Shown here: positions 56,024-64,000 of the stretch, piece by piece
How the letters are laid out: each line of letters opens with the position of its first letter
How positions within the stretch are numbered: the first letter of the stretch is position 1
Assembly: GCA_020632995.1 (NCBI GenBank)
Contig: JACKEN010000003.1
Coordinates: forward strand, 372,677-436,676
Reading direction: 5' to 3'
Length of the DNA stretch: 64,000 nt
Source: Deltaproteobacteria bacterium
GTDB lineage: Bacteria > Myxococcota > Kuafuiibacteriia > Kuafuiibacteriales > Kuafuiibacteriaceae
Notes under the pieces: generated by a model
Seen by the model: the letters and a program-made list of their open reading frames with translations, nothing else
Databases searched by the model: none
What the model was told of the DNA's origin: nothing
Made by a program: the position numbers and the translations under genes

Positions 56024-57100
56024 GTGGGCGTCCTGCGGCACCCGGCTCTGTTCCTCGGCGTAGCCGCGCTCGCGGCGTGCACGAAGTCCGGCCCGTACTC
56101 GACCGAGGATCGGGCAGCGCTCCAGGGGTCCATCTACTACGTCACCGGCGGCTCGGAGCACGGGGAGGGCACCACGGTGAAGCGGCTGCGCCTGTCCGAC
56201 GGTCGGGTGGACGCGCTCACCGGGGGCGAGGCCCCCGCCTTCGTGTACGGCCAGAGCCCCACCGATGGGCGGCTCGCGCTCACCGTGGCGGACGACCTCT
56301 ACCTCGCGCGCCCCGACGGCAGCGAGCTCACCAAGGTGGCCTCCAGCCCCGAGCTGGACTGGTACCCGCGCTTCTCGCCCGACGGGCGCTTCTTGGTCTT
56401 CGAGTCGGCCCGAGCCTCGTTCCGCGACCTGTACCGCCTGGAGCTGAGCACCTCCGAGGTCGTGCGGCTCACCGACAACGAGCAGGGCAACTTCGACGCG
56501 ACCTGGTCGCCCGACGGGCGCAAGCTGGCCTTCGCCTCGAGCCGCGCCGGGCAGCTCGATCTGTGGGTGATGGACGCGGACGGCGCCAACCCGAAGCGCC
56601 TCACCTTCCATCCCGGTGACAGCGTGAAGCCGGCGTGGTCGCCCTCGGGCAAGTACATCGCCTTCATCTCGGCCCGCGACGGCAAGGACGACCTGTTCGT
56701 GGTGCGCCCAGACGGCAGCGACATCCGGAAGCTCACCCCCGAGGCCGAGGCCAAGAAGCGGTGGGAGGGCGCCCACGTGCAGCGCTACGCCTGGCACCCC
56801 ACCGAGGACCGCATCGCCTACGAGGACCAGGCGCCGCGGGCCCACAGCCAGCTCCACGTGGTGGACGCGGTGACCGGCGCGATGAAGACGCTGAGCAAGC
56901 CGGAAGAGGACGATCGAGAGCCGGCGTGGTCCCCGGACGGCGAGCACATCGTGTTCGCGTCGGTGCAGGACGACGCCTCCGACATCTACATCATGCGCGC
57001 GGACGGATCCCGTCGGACCCGGATGACCCGGGAGCAGGATCGCGCGTGGCTTCCCCGGTGGACCCGGGGTGATCGAGACGCAGTGAAGGAGCCGAAGTGA
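56024..57100 (+). CDS. TolB-like PD40/WD40-like beta-propeller lipoprotein
   Basis: Lipobox LAACTK; repeated SPDGR.L.F.S.R.G..DL[WY] PD40 units. Confidence 0.7.
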   Translation: MGVLRHPALFLGVAALAACTKSGPYSTEDRAALQGSIYYVTGGSEHGEGTTVKRLRLSDGRVDALTGGEAPAFVYGQSPTDGRLALTVADDLYLARPDGSELTKVASSPELDWYPRFSPDGRFLVFESARASFRDLYRLELSTSEVVRLTDNEQGNFDATWSPDGRKLAFASSRAGQLDLWVMDADGANPKRLTFHPGDSVKPAWSPSGKYIAFISARDGKDDLFVVRPDGSDIRKLTPEAEAKKRWEGAHVQRYAWHPTEDRIAYEDQAPRAHSQLHVVDAVTGAMKTLSKPEEDDREPAWSPDGEHIVFASVQDDASDIYIMRADGSRRTRMTREQDRAWLPRWTRGDRDAVKEPK

Positions 57101-58701
57101 AGTTCAAGCGAGCCAAGCAACTCCAGAAGGTACTGGCCGCGGTGGGGACCGCGACCATGGTGGCGTGTGTCCCGGCCGGGGAGGGCAAGTTCTCCGGCAA
57201 GCTGGCCACACAGGGGGCGGAGGTCGAGGAGAGCTCTGGTCTGGCGCTGGTCTTCGACGAGGCGGCCGAGGCCTGGCGCGTCCCGGTGGACGTCCTCAAG
57301 GCCATGGCCTATGCCGAGACCCGGCTCGTGCCCGCCCAGGGCGAGGTGGAGTTCGACGAGCAGCCGCAGCCTTGGGGCATCTTCGCGATCCGGGGCGAGG
57401 AGCTCGTCCTGGCAACCCAGCTTGCGGGCTACACGGCGGAGGAGATCAAGACCGACGTGGAGGCCAACATCCACGCCGCCGCCGCGCTCATGTCGTACTA
57501 CGCGGACGAGGCGGGCCTCGACCCCGCGCTCCGCCCCGAGCCGATGGTGTGGGGCGAGGCGATCGGCATGTACGGCAAGCTCGACACCGAGTTCCAGGCC
57601 ACCTACGCCGAGAACGTGCTCCGCTACGTGCGCACCGGCCTCGCGGTGCCCACCCCGGACGGCGAGACCCTGCTCATCGGGCGCCACGGGCAGGACGCCG
57701 AGGGCACCTCGAGCGCCGCCATCCGCGCCCCCGGCACGGTGTGGAAGTCCTCCCCCAACTTCAACTCGCGCGGCGGCAAGAGCCCCCGCTTCGTGGTGAT
57801 CCACACCTGTGAGGGCGCGTACTCCGGCTGCGTGAGCTGGCTGCGCAACTCGGCCTCGGGGGTGAGCGCGCACTACGTGGTGAACGACACCGGCTCCGAG
57901 ATCTCGCAGCTGGTCGAGGAGGAGAACCGGGCCTGGCACATCGGCGCCGCGTACCGCTCGCGCCTCAACGGCGGCCAGATGACCGACATCGAGGGCGCGT
58001 CCTCGAACACCTACTCGGTGGGCATCGAGCACGCCGGCCGCGCGAGCCAGCCCAGCTGGGACGAGCGGATGATCGAGGCGAGCGCCGATCTGGTGGCGGG
58101 CATCACCGATCGCCACAACATCCCGAAGGACCGCTACCACGTGGTGGCGCATGGTACCTTGCAGCCCGAGAACCGCGTCGACCCCGGCCCCAACTGGCCG
58201 TGGACCCACTACCTCGACCTGGTCCGCGGCGGCGCGGTGACCCCGCCCCCGCCGACCCCGACTCCGACCCCGACCCCGCCGCCGACCACCCCCACCACCA
58301 GCGTGACGGTGGACAACGAGACCCAGGGGCGCTTCCGGGCCTCGAGCGCGTGGGACGTGTCCTCGTGGTCCTCGGGCCGCATCGGCAGTAACTACCGCTT
58401 CCGTCGTCCGCAGCAGAAGAGCGACCCCGCGGAGTGGCGGGTGCCGGTACCCGAGACGGGCAACTGGGAGATCTTCGCCCGGGTCCCTGGCTACGGCTAC
58501 AACAACAAGGCGCCGTTCCTCATCTACAACAGGGGGCAGACCACCGTGGTCTGGCGCAACCTCGGCCAGTTCGGCGGGGAGTGGATGAGCCTCGGCACCT
58601 TCGCGCTCGACGCCGGGGATGACTGGCTGGTGGGGCTCTCCTGCTGGACGAACGGCACGGGCTACCTGATCGCCGACGCGGTGCGCATCGAGCGCCGCTG
58701 A
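57097..58701 (+). CDS. N-acetylmuramoyl-L-alanine amidase (amidase_2/PGRP fold) with N-terminal domain, Pro/Thr linker and unknown C-terminal beta-rich domain
   Basis: Lipobox; amidase_2 core RFVVIHTCEG...HYVV...WHIG...GIEH; PPPPTPTPTPTPPPTTPTT linker. Confidence 0.75.
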   Translation: MKFKRAKQLQKVLAAVGTATMVACVPAGEGKFSGKLATQGAEVEESSGLALVFDEAAEAWRVPVDVLKAMAYAETRLVPAQGEVEFDEQPQPWGIFAIRGEELVLATQLAGYTAEEIKTDVEANIHAAAALMSYYADEAGLDPALRPEPMVWGEAIGMYGKLDTEFQATYAENVLRYVRTGLAVPTPDGETLLIGRHGQDAEGTSSAAIRAPGTVWKSSPNFNSRGGKSPRFVVIHTCEGAYSGCVSWLRNSASGVSAHYVVNDTGSEISQLVEEENRAWHIGAAYRSRLNGGQMTDIEGASSNTYSVGIEHAGRASQPSWDERMIEASADLVAGITDRHNIPKDRYHVVAHGTLQPENRVDPGPNWPWTHYLDLVRGGAVTPPPPTPTPTPTPPPTTPTTSVTVDNETQGRFRASSAWDVSSWSSGRIGSNYRFRRPQQKSDPAEWRVPVPETGNWEIFARVPGYGYNNKAPFLIYNRGQTTVVWRNLGQFGGEWMSLGTFALDAGDDWLVGLSCWTNGTGYLIADAVRIERR

Positions 58702-58931
58702 CCTTCGCGGCGCCGCAGCCTCTCCCTCCTGAAGTCTGTCTTCTGCGGCCTGGAGCCTGGCCCCTCGAGCCTGAGACCTGCCTCTGAAGCCTGAGGCCGC
58801 GGTCGCCCGAAGAAGGGCGCGCGGAGCCGTAGAGCCCGGGCCGATCGGCCTCAGGTATCAGAGACAGGCATCAGGCTTGGGATCTCAGGTTCGATCGCCT
58901 GGGCTCCTGGTCGGGCAGGGTGGGTTGCGGC

Positions 58932-58961
58932 CCCGCCTCTGATGAGACGGGGCCGCGGGCA
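58932..58961. terminator. GC-rich hairpin (9-bp perfect stem GCGGCCCCG/CGGGGCCGC, 12-nt loop) between convergent genes
   Basis: Seen directly in sequence a few nt 3' of the minus-strand gene stop (58966) and 230 nt 3' of the plus-strand amidase gene. Confidence 0.5.
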
Positions 58962-58965
58962 TGAC

Positions 58966-61185
58966 TCAGTGGGTCCGGCGGTGCCGCCAGAAGGCGCCCG
59001 GCTGATCCGCCTCGCGGGTCCGTGCGGCCCGCACCGCGTCCTCCAGGGTGCCGAGCGCGCGCTCGGCGTCTTGGGTGGTGGTGGCGTTGAGCAGGTCACC
59101 CTTCGCCGTCTCCACCGCGGTGAAGAGCTCCGCGTCGCTCAGCTGCGCCTCGGGCGCCTGGGCGGTGGAGATCGTCGACTGCGAGGAGAGGCTGGTGGTG
59201 GAGATCGACTGGCTCAGCTGCACCGGGGTCAGGATCGACCGGCAGACCCCGGGGGTGTCGGTGAAGCGGCACACCTGACCGCAGCCGCAGATCATCACGC
59301 CGTCGCAGACCTCGCCCCGGGCGCAGTCCGCGTTCTCCCAGCAGCCGCCCTTGGGGGGCAGGCCCTTGCAGACGCCGGCCTGGCCAGCCGCGCAGTCCTC
59401 GCCGATGCACTCGCCACCCTTGAGGGCGCTGCACTGGCTGTCGTCGAAGCAGCAGCCGGCCGGCGGCCGGAGGTTGCAGACGTTGCTGTTGCAGGCGCCC
59501 TGGCTCGACACGTCGACGCCGGCCTGGTTCGCGAAGCACTCGTTGGTGTACGTGTTGCCGTCGCAGCCGCAGACCTCGTTGACGGTGTAGCCGCAGTTGA
59601 CCGGGCGCGGCGTGCACACGCCGGGGCCGGCGGCGCCGCACACGTTGTAGGGCCCGAACTCGCAATACTCGTTGCTGCCGCAGGTGCTCCCGTAGGCCCC
59701 GCCACACGGGGTCGAGGTGCCGCCGCTGTCCACCACGCCCGAGTCGACCACGCCCGAGTCGGTCACGCCCGAGTCGGTCACGCCGGCGTCGGAGCCGCCG
59801 CTGGCGTTACACACGAAGGTCTCCAGGATCTGGGCGCGCGCGGGGAGGAAGCAGCTGGTGAGGGCAGAAGAGAGCGCGACGACGGCGGGCGGGGTGTTGG
59901 TGGGCGAGGTCGGCCCGGTCTCCTTCACGTGCACGAAGCCGCCCGCGGCCACGCCCGGCCAGTTGGCGGTCGGCGAGATCGCCTGGCCCACCGAGAACTG
60001 GTGGCAGCCGCCGCAGGTCATGGCGCCGGCGCGGGCGAGCACGTGGCTGTTGTTGAGCCCGGCGAAGGCGGAGTTGCCGCTGAGCACGCCGTCGATGGTT
60101 GCGCGGAACGCCGGGCTGGCGATGCTGTTCGGATCGTCCGAGGGGCCCTGGGAGACGCTCTGGAACTCGTTGTAGCGGTCGTCGAAGCCGGCCCCCACCG
60201 TGTTGACCTCGGGGCAGGCGCTGACGCCGGCGCCGTTCAGCTCGAAGTCGAGCAGGTTGTTCATGTTGATGGTGGCGAAGTCGTTGGAGAAGGCGGCCTG
60301 CTCGGAGATGAAGAGCGGGGTGCCGAAGCTGGTCTCGTCGTAGAACTCGGCCAGCGGGTTGTCCTTCACGGTGTCGGGGGTGAACACCGCCTGCCCGCTG
60401 AGGTTGAAGCTGGTGCGCCACTCGCGCAGCATCCACAGCGGGGTCATGAACATGTTGGCGCGGACCTGCCCCAGGGGCACGCCGTAGTTGGCGTGGGTCA
60501 CCACGGCCGAGAAGCCGGGGAGGCCGTTATAGTAGAAGTCCTCCAGCATCTGGCCGCGCTGCGTGTCGCTGAGCGCGGCGTCCGAGAGCTGGTGCCAGAA
60601 CTGCGCGACGGGGAGGCAGCCGGCGAGGCCCAGGCCCGGGTTCGGGTTGGGGAGCCGCGCCTCGAAGATCACCAGGTACCGGTTGAAGGTGCTGTTGGGG
60701 TAGCGGCCGTACACGATCCGGTACTCGCCGCAGTTGGCGCCGGTCGCCGGGGCGAGATCGAAGCGGTTGAAGAGCGCGATGGGCTGCATGTCGGTGAGGA
60801 GCCCGGCGCCGGTGAGCCCCGCCTCGGCGGACCGGGTGTTCGCGGCCATGGCCAGGCCGCTCGTGGGGTTGGTGAAGGAGGTGTTCAGGAGCCCCGAGGT
60901 CAGGGTCTGGGCGAGCGCCGCGTCGGTGGTGATCGCGCCGCCGCTGGAGTTGCGGATGGCCTGGATGGTGCGCTGGAAGCTGAAGTTCCCCGCGGTGATG
61001 ATCGCCTGGTCGTGGATGACCATCGACTGATCCACGTTCACGGAGTCGCACGGGCCGATACCCGCAATCGAAGTTGCGAAGGACGGCGTCTCGGCGGCGC
61101 CCTGCGCGGGGTCGGCCTTGGTACAGGCCTGGCTGAGGAGCGCCGCCGCCACGGCGCCCGTGTACATTGACAACTTGGCTTTCAT
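58966..61185 (-). CDS. Secreted lipoprotein with large N-terminal domain, (DSGV[TV])n linker and Cys-rich C-terminus containing a Kazal-like module
   Basis: Signal plus lipobox MKAKLSMYTGAVAAALLSQAC; Kazal signature CGCDGNTYTNEC; about 40 Cys in the last 200 aa. Confidence 0.7.
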   Translation of the reverse strand: MKAKLSMYTGAVAAALLSQACTKADPAQGAAETPSFATSIAGIGPCDSVNVDQSMVIHDQAIITAGNFSFQRTIQAIRNSSGGAITTDAALAQTLTSGLLNTSFTNPTSGLAMAANTRSAEAGLTGAGLLTDMQPIALFNRFDLAPATGANCGEYRIVYGRYPNSTFNRYLVIFEARLPNPNPGLGLAGCLPVAQFWHQLSDAALSDTQRGQMLEDFYYNGLPGFSAVVTHANYGVPLGQVRANMFMTPLWMLREWRTSFNLSGQAVFTPDTVKDNPLAEFYDETSFGTPLFISEQAAFSNDFATINMNNLLDFELNGAGVSACPEVNTVGAGFDDRYNEFQSVSQGPSDDPNSIASPAFRATIDGVLSGNSAFAGLNNSHVLARAGAMTCGGCHQFSVGQAISPTANWPGVAAGGFVHVKETGPTSPTNTPPAVVALSSALTSCFLPARAQILETFVCNASGGSDAGVTDSGVTDSGVVDSGVVDSGGTSTPCGGAYGSTCGSNEYCEFGPYNVCGAAGPGVCTPRPVNCGYTVNEVCGCDGNTYTNECFANQAGVDVSSQGACNSNVCNLRPPAGCCFDDSQCSALKGGECIGEDCAAGQAGVCKGLPPKGGCWENADCARGEVCDGVMICGCGQVCRFTDTPGVCRSILTPVQLSQSISTTSLSSQSTISTAQAPEAQLSDAELFTAVETAKGDLLNATTTQDAERALGTLEDAVRAARTREADQPGAFWRHRRTH
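59735..59800. repeat. 15-bp tandem repeat (about 4.3 copies, CACGCCCGAGTCGAC-like) inside the Kazal-protein gene
   Basis: Direct repeats gtcgaccacgcccgagtcgaccacgcccgagtcggtcacgcccgagtcggtcacgccggcgtcgga encoding DSGVTDSGVTDSGVVDSGVV. Confidence 0.6.
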
Positions 61186-61358
61186 TCGTCCCCTCCTCAC
61201 CGCATGCGCGGCAGGTTGACCTTGCGTCTCAGTTGCGAGGCGCGGCGCCAGGGAAACAGCCCCCCCGAGACCGTGTCGATGTGCGCGAGGTGTGCGGGTA
61301 AAACCACGCGGCCGGGCGCGAATTTCACCCATATGGGGGGCGCGACAAACTGCGCGGT

Positions 61359-62126
61359 ATGGGCCCGCTACCAAGGGAAGCGGCGCCTCCTGGCCGGCGT
61401 TGTGCCCGGGTGAGCGCGATCCTCGCACTGCTCCTCGGGGCGACGGTGGCGGCCGCGCCGCCGCTGGTGTTCATCGACGCCGGACACGGAGAGGGCGACA
61501 ACCAGGGGGCTCAGACCGTGCGCTGCGGGACCGAAGCGGACTTCACGCTGAGCCTGGCCCGCGACCTCGCGGCGCGGCTCGAGGCGGGAGGGCGCTTCCG
61601 GGTGCGCCTGTCGAGGACCAGCTCCACCGGACCCTCCTACCCCCAGCGCCTGGCGCGGGCCCGGGCGGCGGGGGCGCGGGCGCTGTTGAGCCTGCACGCC
61701 GACGCCCGGGGCGCCCTGAGCTGGCACAAGACCCTGGACGGGCGCTCGTGCCTGCGCAGCCTGGAGCAGCCGGGCTTCTCGGTGCTCTACTCGGACGAGG
61801 GGAGCGCAGGTCGGGTTGCGCGACGCCGCCGGCTCGCGCGCGCGGTGGCGACCCGGATGACGAATGCAGGCTTCATTGCCTACGACGGCTTCGACTACGG
61901 CGGGCTCTACGAGGTGGACCCGACCGAGGGGGTGTTCATCGATCGGCGGCGGCTCTTCATGCTCCGTCGACCCCCGATGCCGTCGGTGATCATCGAGACC
62001 CACCACGCCTTCCACCCCGAGGACCACGCGGACTGGCAGCGCGACGAGACCCGCGCCCGCTTCGCGGCGGCGGTCGAGGCGGCGCTGTGGGAGGTGCTCA
62101 CGCCCGGCGTAGGGCGTGGAGGGTGA
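61359..62126 (+). CDS. N-acetylmuramoyl-L-alanine amidase (amidase_3/AmiC-type)
   Basis: Signal peptide; conserved FIDAGHG and SLHADA motifs; alternative GTG start at 61410. Confidence 0.7.
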   Translation: MGPLPREAAPPGRRCARVSAILALLLGATVAAAPPLVFIDAGHGEGDNQGAQTVRCGTEADFTLSLARDLAARLEAGGRFRVRLSRTSSTGPSYPQRLARARAAGARALLSLHADARGALSWHKTLDGRSCLRSLEQPGFSVLYSDEGSAGRVARRRRLARAVATRMTNAGFIAYDGFDYGGLYEVDPTEGVFIDRRRLFMLRRPPMPSVIIETHHAFHPEDHADWQRDETRARFAAAVEAALWEVLTPGVGRGG

Positions 62127-63126
62127 ACAGGGCGACCGAGAGGAGGGCGAAGGCGCCCAGCTGGTGGACTACCGCGGTGACCAGCTCGACCTTGAGCACC
62201 ACGGTGAGGATCCCGAGGAGCACCTGCGCCCCGGTGGCCACCAGGACGAGCAAGAGGCCTCGCCTTGCGCGGGGGGCGGCCACCCGGCGTCGGCCGACGA
62301 GGAACAGCGCGAGCGCGGCCACCGCGACCCCGTAGCCCAGGGTGCGGTGGAGGAAGTGGATGAGCACAGGGTGGCTCAGCCAGCTGGCGTCGGAGGCGGC
62401 GCTCAGGAGCGCGCCGGGGAGGTAGTGGCCGTTCATGTCCGGCCAGGTCGCGAACAGGTACCCGGCTCGGCTCCCGGCCATGAACGCGCCGTAGACGATC
62501 TGCAGGCCGACCAGCGCGACGAAGGGCACCAGCCAACGGGCGAAGGGGCGCGCGCCGGGGTCCTTCGGCTCGGTGTTGGCCGGCCAGCGCAGGTCCATCC
62601 ACAGCCACAGCACGTAGCTGGCCACGGTGAAGGCGAGGCTCAGGTGGGCGGCGAGGCGGAAGTGGCTCACCTGCGGGATGTCGACCAGGCCGCTCTTCAC
62701 CATGAACCAGCCGAGCAGGCCCTGCAGGCCGCCGAGGACGAACGCCACGAAGGTGCGGAGGCGCAAGCGGCCTTGCAGGCGCCCGCGGAGGAGGAACACG
62801 AGCCAGGGCACGAAGAACGCCACCCCGATCAGGCGCCCGATCAGGCGGTGGAACCACTCCCAGAAGAAGATCCGCTGGAAGTCGGCGAGGGTCATCCAGT
62901 CGTTCACGTGCTGGTACTGGGGCGAGGCCTGGTACTTGGTGAAGACGCGGGTCCACTCCGCCTCGGTGAGGGGGGGCAGGGCGCCCATGAGGGGGCGCCA
63001 CTCCACCATCGAGAGGCCGGAGCCGGTGAGGCGCGTGATCCCGCCCACCGCCACGATGGCGGTGATCATGCCGAACACGACCAGGAGCCAGATGCGCACG
63101 CCGCGCAGTCGAGGGTCGGGCTGCAT
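62098..63126 (-). CDS. ctaA: Heme A synthase (COX15/CtaA family)
   Basis: Eight TM helices with paired His (HR..G, HQ.GA) typical of CtaA; start trimmed to MQPDPRLRG. Confidence 0.8.
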   Translation of the reverse strand: MQPDPRLRGVRIWLLVVFGMITAIVAVGGITRLTGSGLSMVEWRPLMGALPPLTEAEWTRVFTKYQASPQYQHVNDWMTLADFQRIFFWEWFHRLIGRLIGVAFFVPWLVFLLRGRLQGRLRLRTFVAFVLGGLQGLLGWFMVKSGLVDIPQVSHFRLAAHLSLAFTVASYVLWLWMDLRWPANTEPKDPGARPFARWLVPFVALVGLQIVYGAFMAGSRAGYLFATWPDMNGHYLPGALLSAASDASWLSHPVLIHFLHRTLGYGVAVAALALFLVGRRRVAAPRARRGLLLVLVATGAQVLLGILTVVLKVELVTAVVHQLGAFALLSVALFTLHALRRA

Positions 63127-63289
63127 TCCGAGCCGGTTTGTTCGCCGCCCGACCCGGCCTCGCAAGGGATTTCTTCGCTTGCCTCAGGGTGGGACCCTTC
63201 ACCACCACGAGACGTCTCACGGGCGGATTGGCAGTCGATCTCGGGTCTGCCCCGTGGTAGCGAGCCGTCCTGGAGGCAAGAAAACCACC

Positions 63290-64000
63290 ATGTTGACCGA
63301 TCGTGTGAAGCAAATCCTGAGCTGGTACGGCTCCGAGAGCATCGGGGTTCGGACGAACCTGGCGCGCATGATGAACACCGGGCGCCTGGCCGGCACCGGC
63401 AAGCTGGTGATCCTGCCGGTGGACCAGGGCTTCGAGCACGGCCCCGCCCGCACCTTCGCCCCGAACCCGGCCGGCTACGACCCCCGGTACCACTTCGAGC
63501 TGGCCCTCGAGGCGGGCTGCAACGCCTACGCGGCGCCCAAGGGGCAGCTGGAGGCGGCGGCCGGTGACTATGCGGGCGAGATCCCGCTGATCCTCAAGCT
63601 GAACAACTCCGACACCCTGCTCAGCACGGACGACCCGTGCTCGGCCGTGACCTCGTCGGTGGAAGACGCCTTGCACCTCGGCGCGAGCGCGATCGGCTTC
63701 ACCATCTACCCCGGCTCCGGCATGCGGAACGAGATGTACGAGCAGATCCGGGAGATCTCCGCCGAGGCCCGCTCGGTCGGTCTGCCCACCGTGATCTGGT
63801 CGTACCCGCGCGGCAGCGGCCTGTCGAAGGACGGTGAGACCGCGATCGACGTGGTGGCCTACGCGGCCCACATCGCCTGCCAGCTCGGCGCCCACATCGT
63901 GAAGGTGAAGCCCCCGACCGCGCACATCGAGCAGAAGGAGGCCAAGAAGGTCTACGAGTCGAAGGGCATCAAGATCGACACCCTGGCCGACCGGATCAGC
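63290..64000 (+). CDS. Class I fructose-bisphosphate aldolase, DhnA/FbaB-type (3' end beyond window)
   Basis: N-terminus MLTDRVKQILSWYGSESIGVRTNLARMMNTGRLAGTGKLVILPVDQGFEHGP and catalytic Lys region IVKVK typical of DhnA-type aldolases; runs off the window end. Confidence 0.7.
   Translation, partial: MLTDRVKQILSWYGSESIGVRTNLARMMNTGRLAGTGKLVILPVDQGFEHGPARTFAPNPAGYDPRYHFELALEAGCNAYAAPKGQLEAAAGDYAGEIPLILKLNNSDTLLSTDDPCSAVTSSVEDALHLGASAIGFTIYPGSGMRNEMYEQIREISAEARSVGLPTVIWSYPRGSGLSKDGETAIDVVAYAAHIACQLGAHIVKVKPPTAHIEQKEAKKVYESKGIKIDTLADRIS

Noticed and set aside
58942-61170. 742-aa plus ORF
   Set aside because: Antisense to the Kazal-module lipoprotein gene. G/A/R/V-rich low-complexity translation.
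61907-63925. 672-aa minus ORF and 62116-63567 plus ORF
   Set aside because: They overlap the heme A synthase gene and the start of the class I aldolase gene, in wrong frames. Arg/Pro/Gly-rich.
1-64000. CRISPR arrays, rRNA or tRNA genes
   Set aside because: No regularly spaced direct repeats, no rRNA-like conserved blocks and no obvious tRNA cloverleaf candidates were seen by eye. This cannot be fully excluded without a dedicated scan.

Overview
This 64-kb window is high-GC (about 70 %) and myxobacterial in style. Genes are densely packed, and many stop/start junctions overlap by 4 bp (ATGA or GTGA), which suggests translational coupling. Five parts stand out. (1) Positions 359-14220 on the minus strand form one long operon. 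It encodes a SurA-like PPIase lipoprotein, a ~1470-aa PKD/Ig-repeat secreted giant, a small lipoprotein, and a ~1390-aa giant carrying an NHL beta-propeller, a degenerate zincin-like motif, TSP3 calcium-binding repeats and a C-terminal membrane anchor. These are followed by a zinc-ribbon membrane protein and a pair of M16 (pitrilysin-type) peptidases. (2) Positions 14.6-18.9 kb hold a divergent TetR/oxidoreductase pair, a lower-GC stretch with out-of-phase ORF pieces, and a secreted protein with three fascin-like repeats. (3) At 19-24.7 kb an IS66-family element (tnpA-tnpB-tnpC) with inverted repeats and an intact target-site duplication has split the C-terminal zinc ribbon off an SH3b-domain membrane protein. 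It sits beside a lower-GC islet carrying a CPBP intramembrane protease and an unknown acidic protein. (4) At 25.9-30.7 kb there is a lipoprotein-type alpha-2-macroglobulin with an intact CxEQ thioester. (5) Positions 30.9-48.1 kb on the plus strand form the candidate system of most interest, a ~17-kb gene cluster. It opens with an ArsR-rhodanese fusion regulator preceded by an AT-rich palindrome, then a periplasmic tandem rhodanese, a YeeE/YedE sulfur transporter and another rhodanese. Next comes a Tat-exported type-II (NarG/NarH-like) molybdoenzyme alpha-beta pair whose gamma subunit is fused to a cytochrome c domain, plus a small periplasmic protein, Mrp/ApbC and a cytochrome c. Directly after that is a second, TtrBCA-ordered molybdoenzyme with a TorD-like chaperone and a polyferredoxin. 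The rest of the window (48-64 kb) holds an FAD monooxygenase, an MBOAT/SGNH O-acyltransferase pair, a POT transporter, a methyltransferase, a zinc-ribbon/pseudokinase-like/PEGA protein, a TolB-like propeller, two peptidoglycan amidases, a Kazal-domain secreted protein, heme A synthase and a partial class-I aldolase. No rRNA, tRNA or CRISPR array was recognised. The many long antisense ORFs in the track are GC-frame artefacts.
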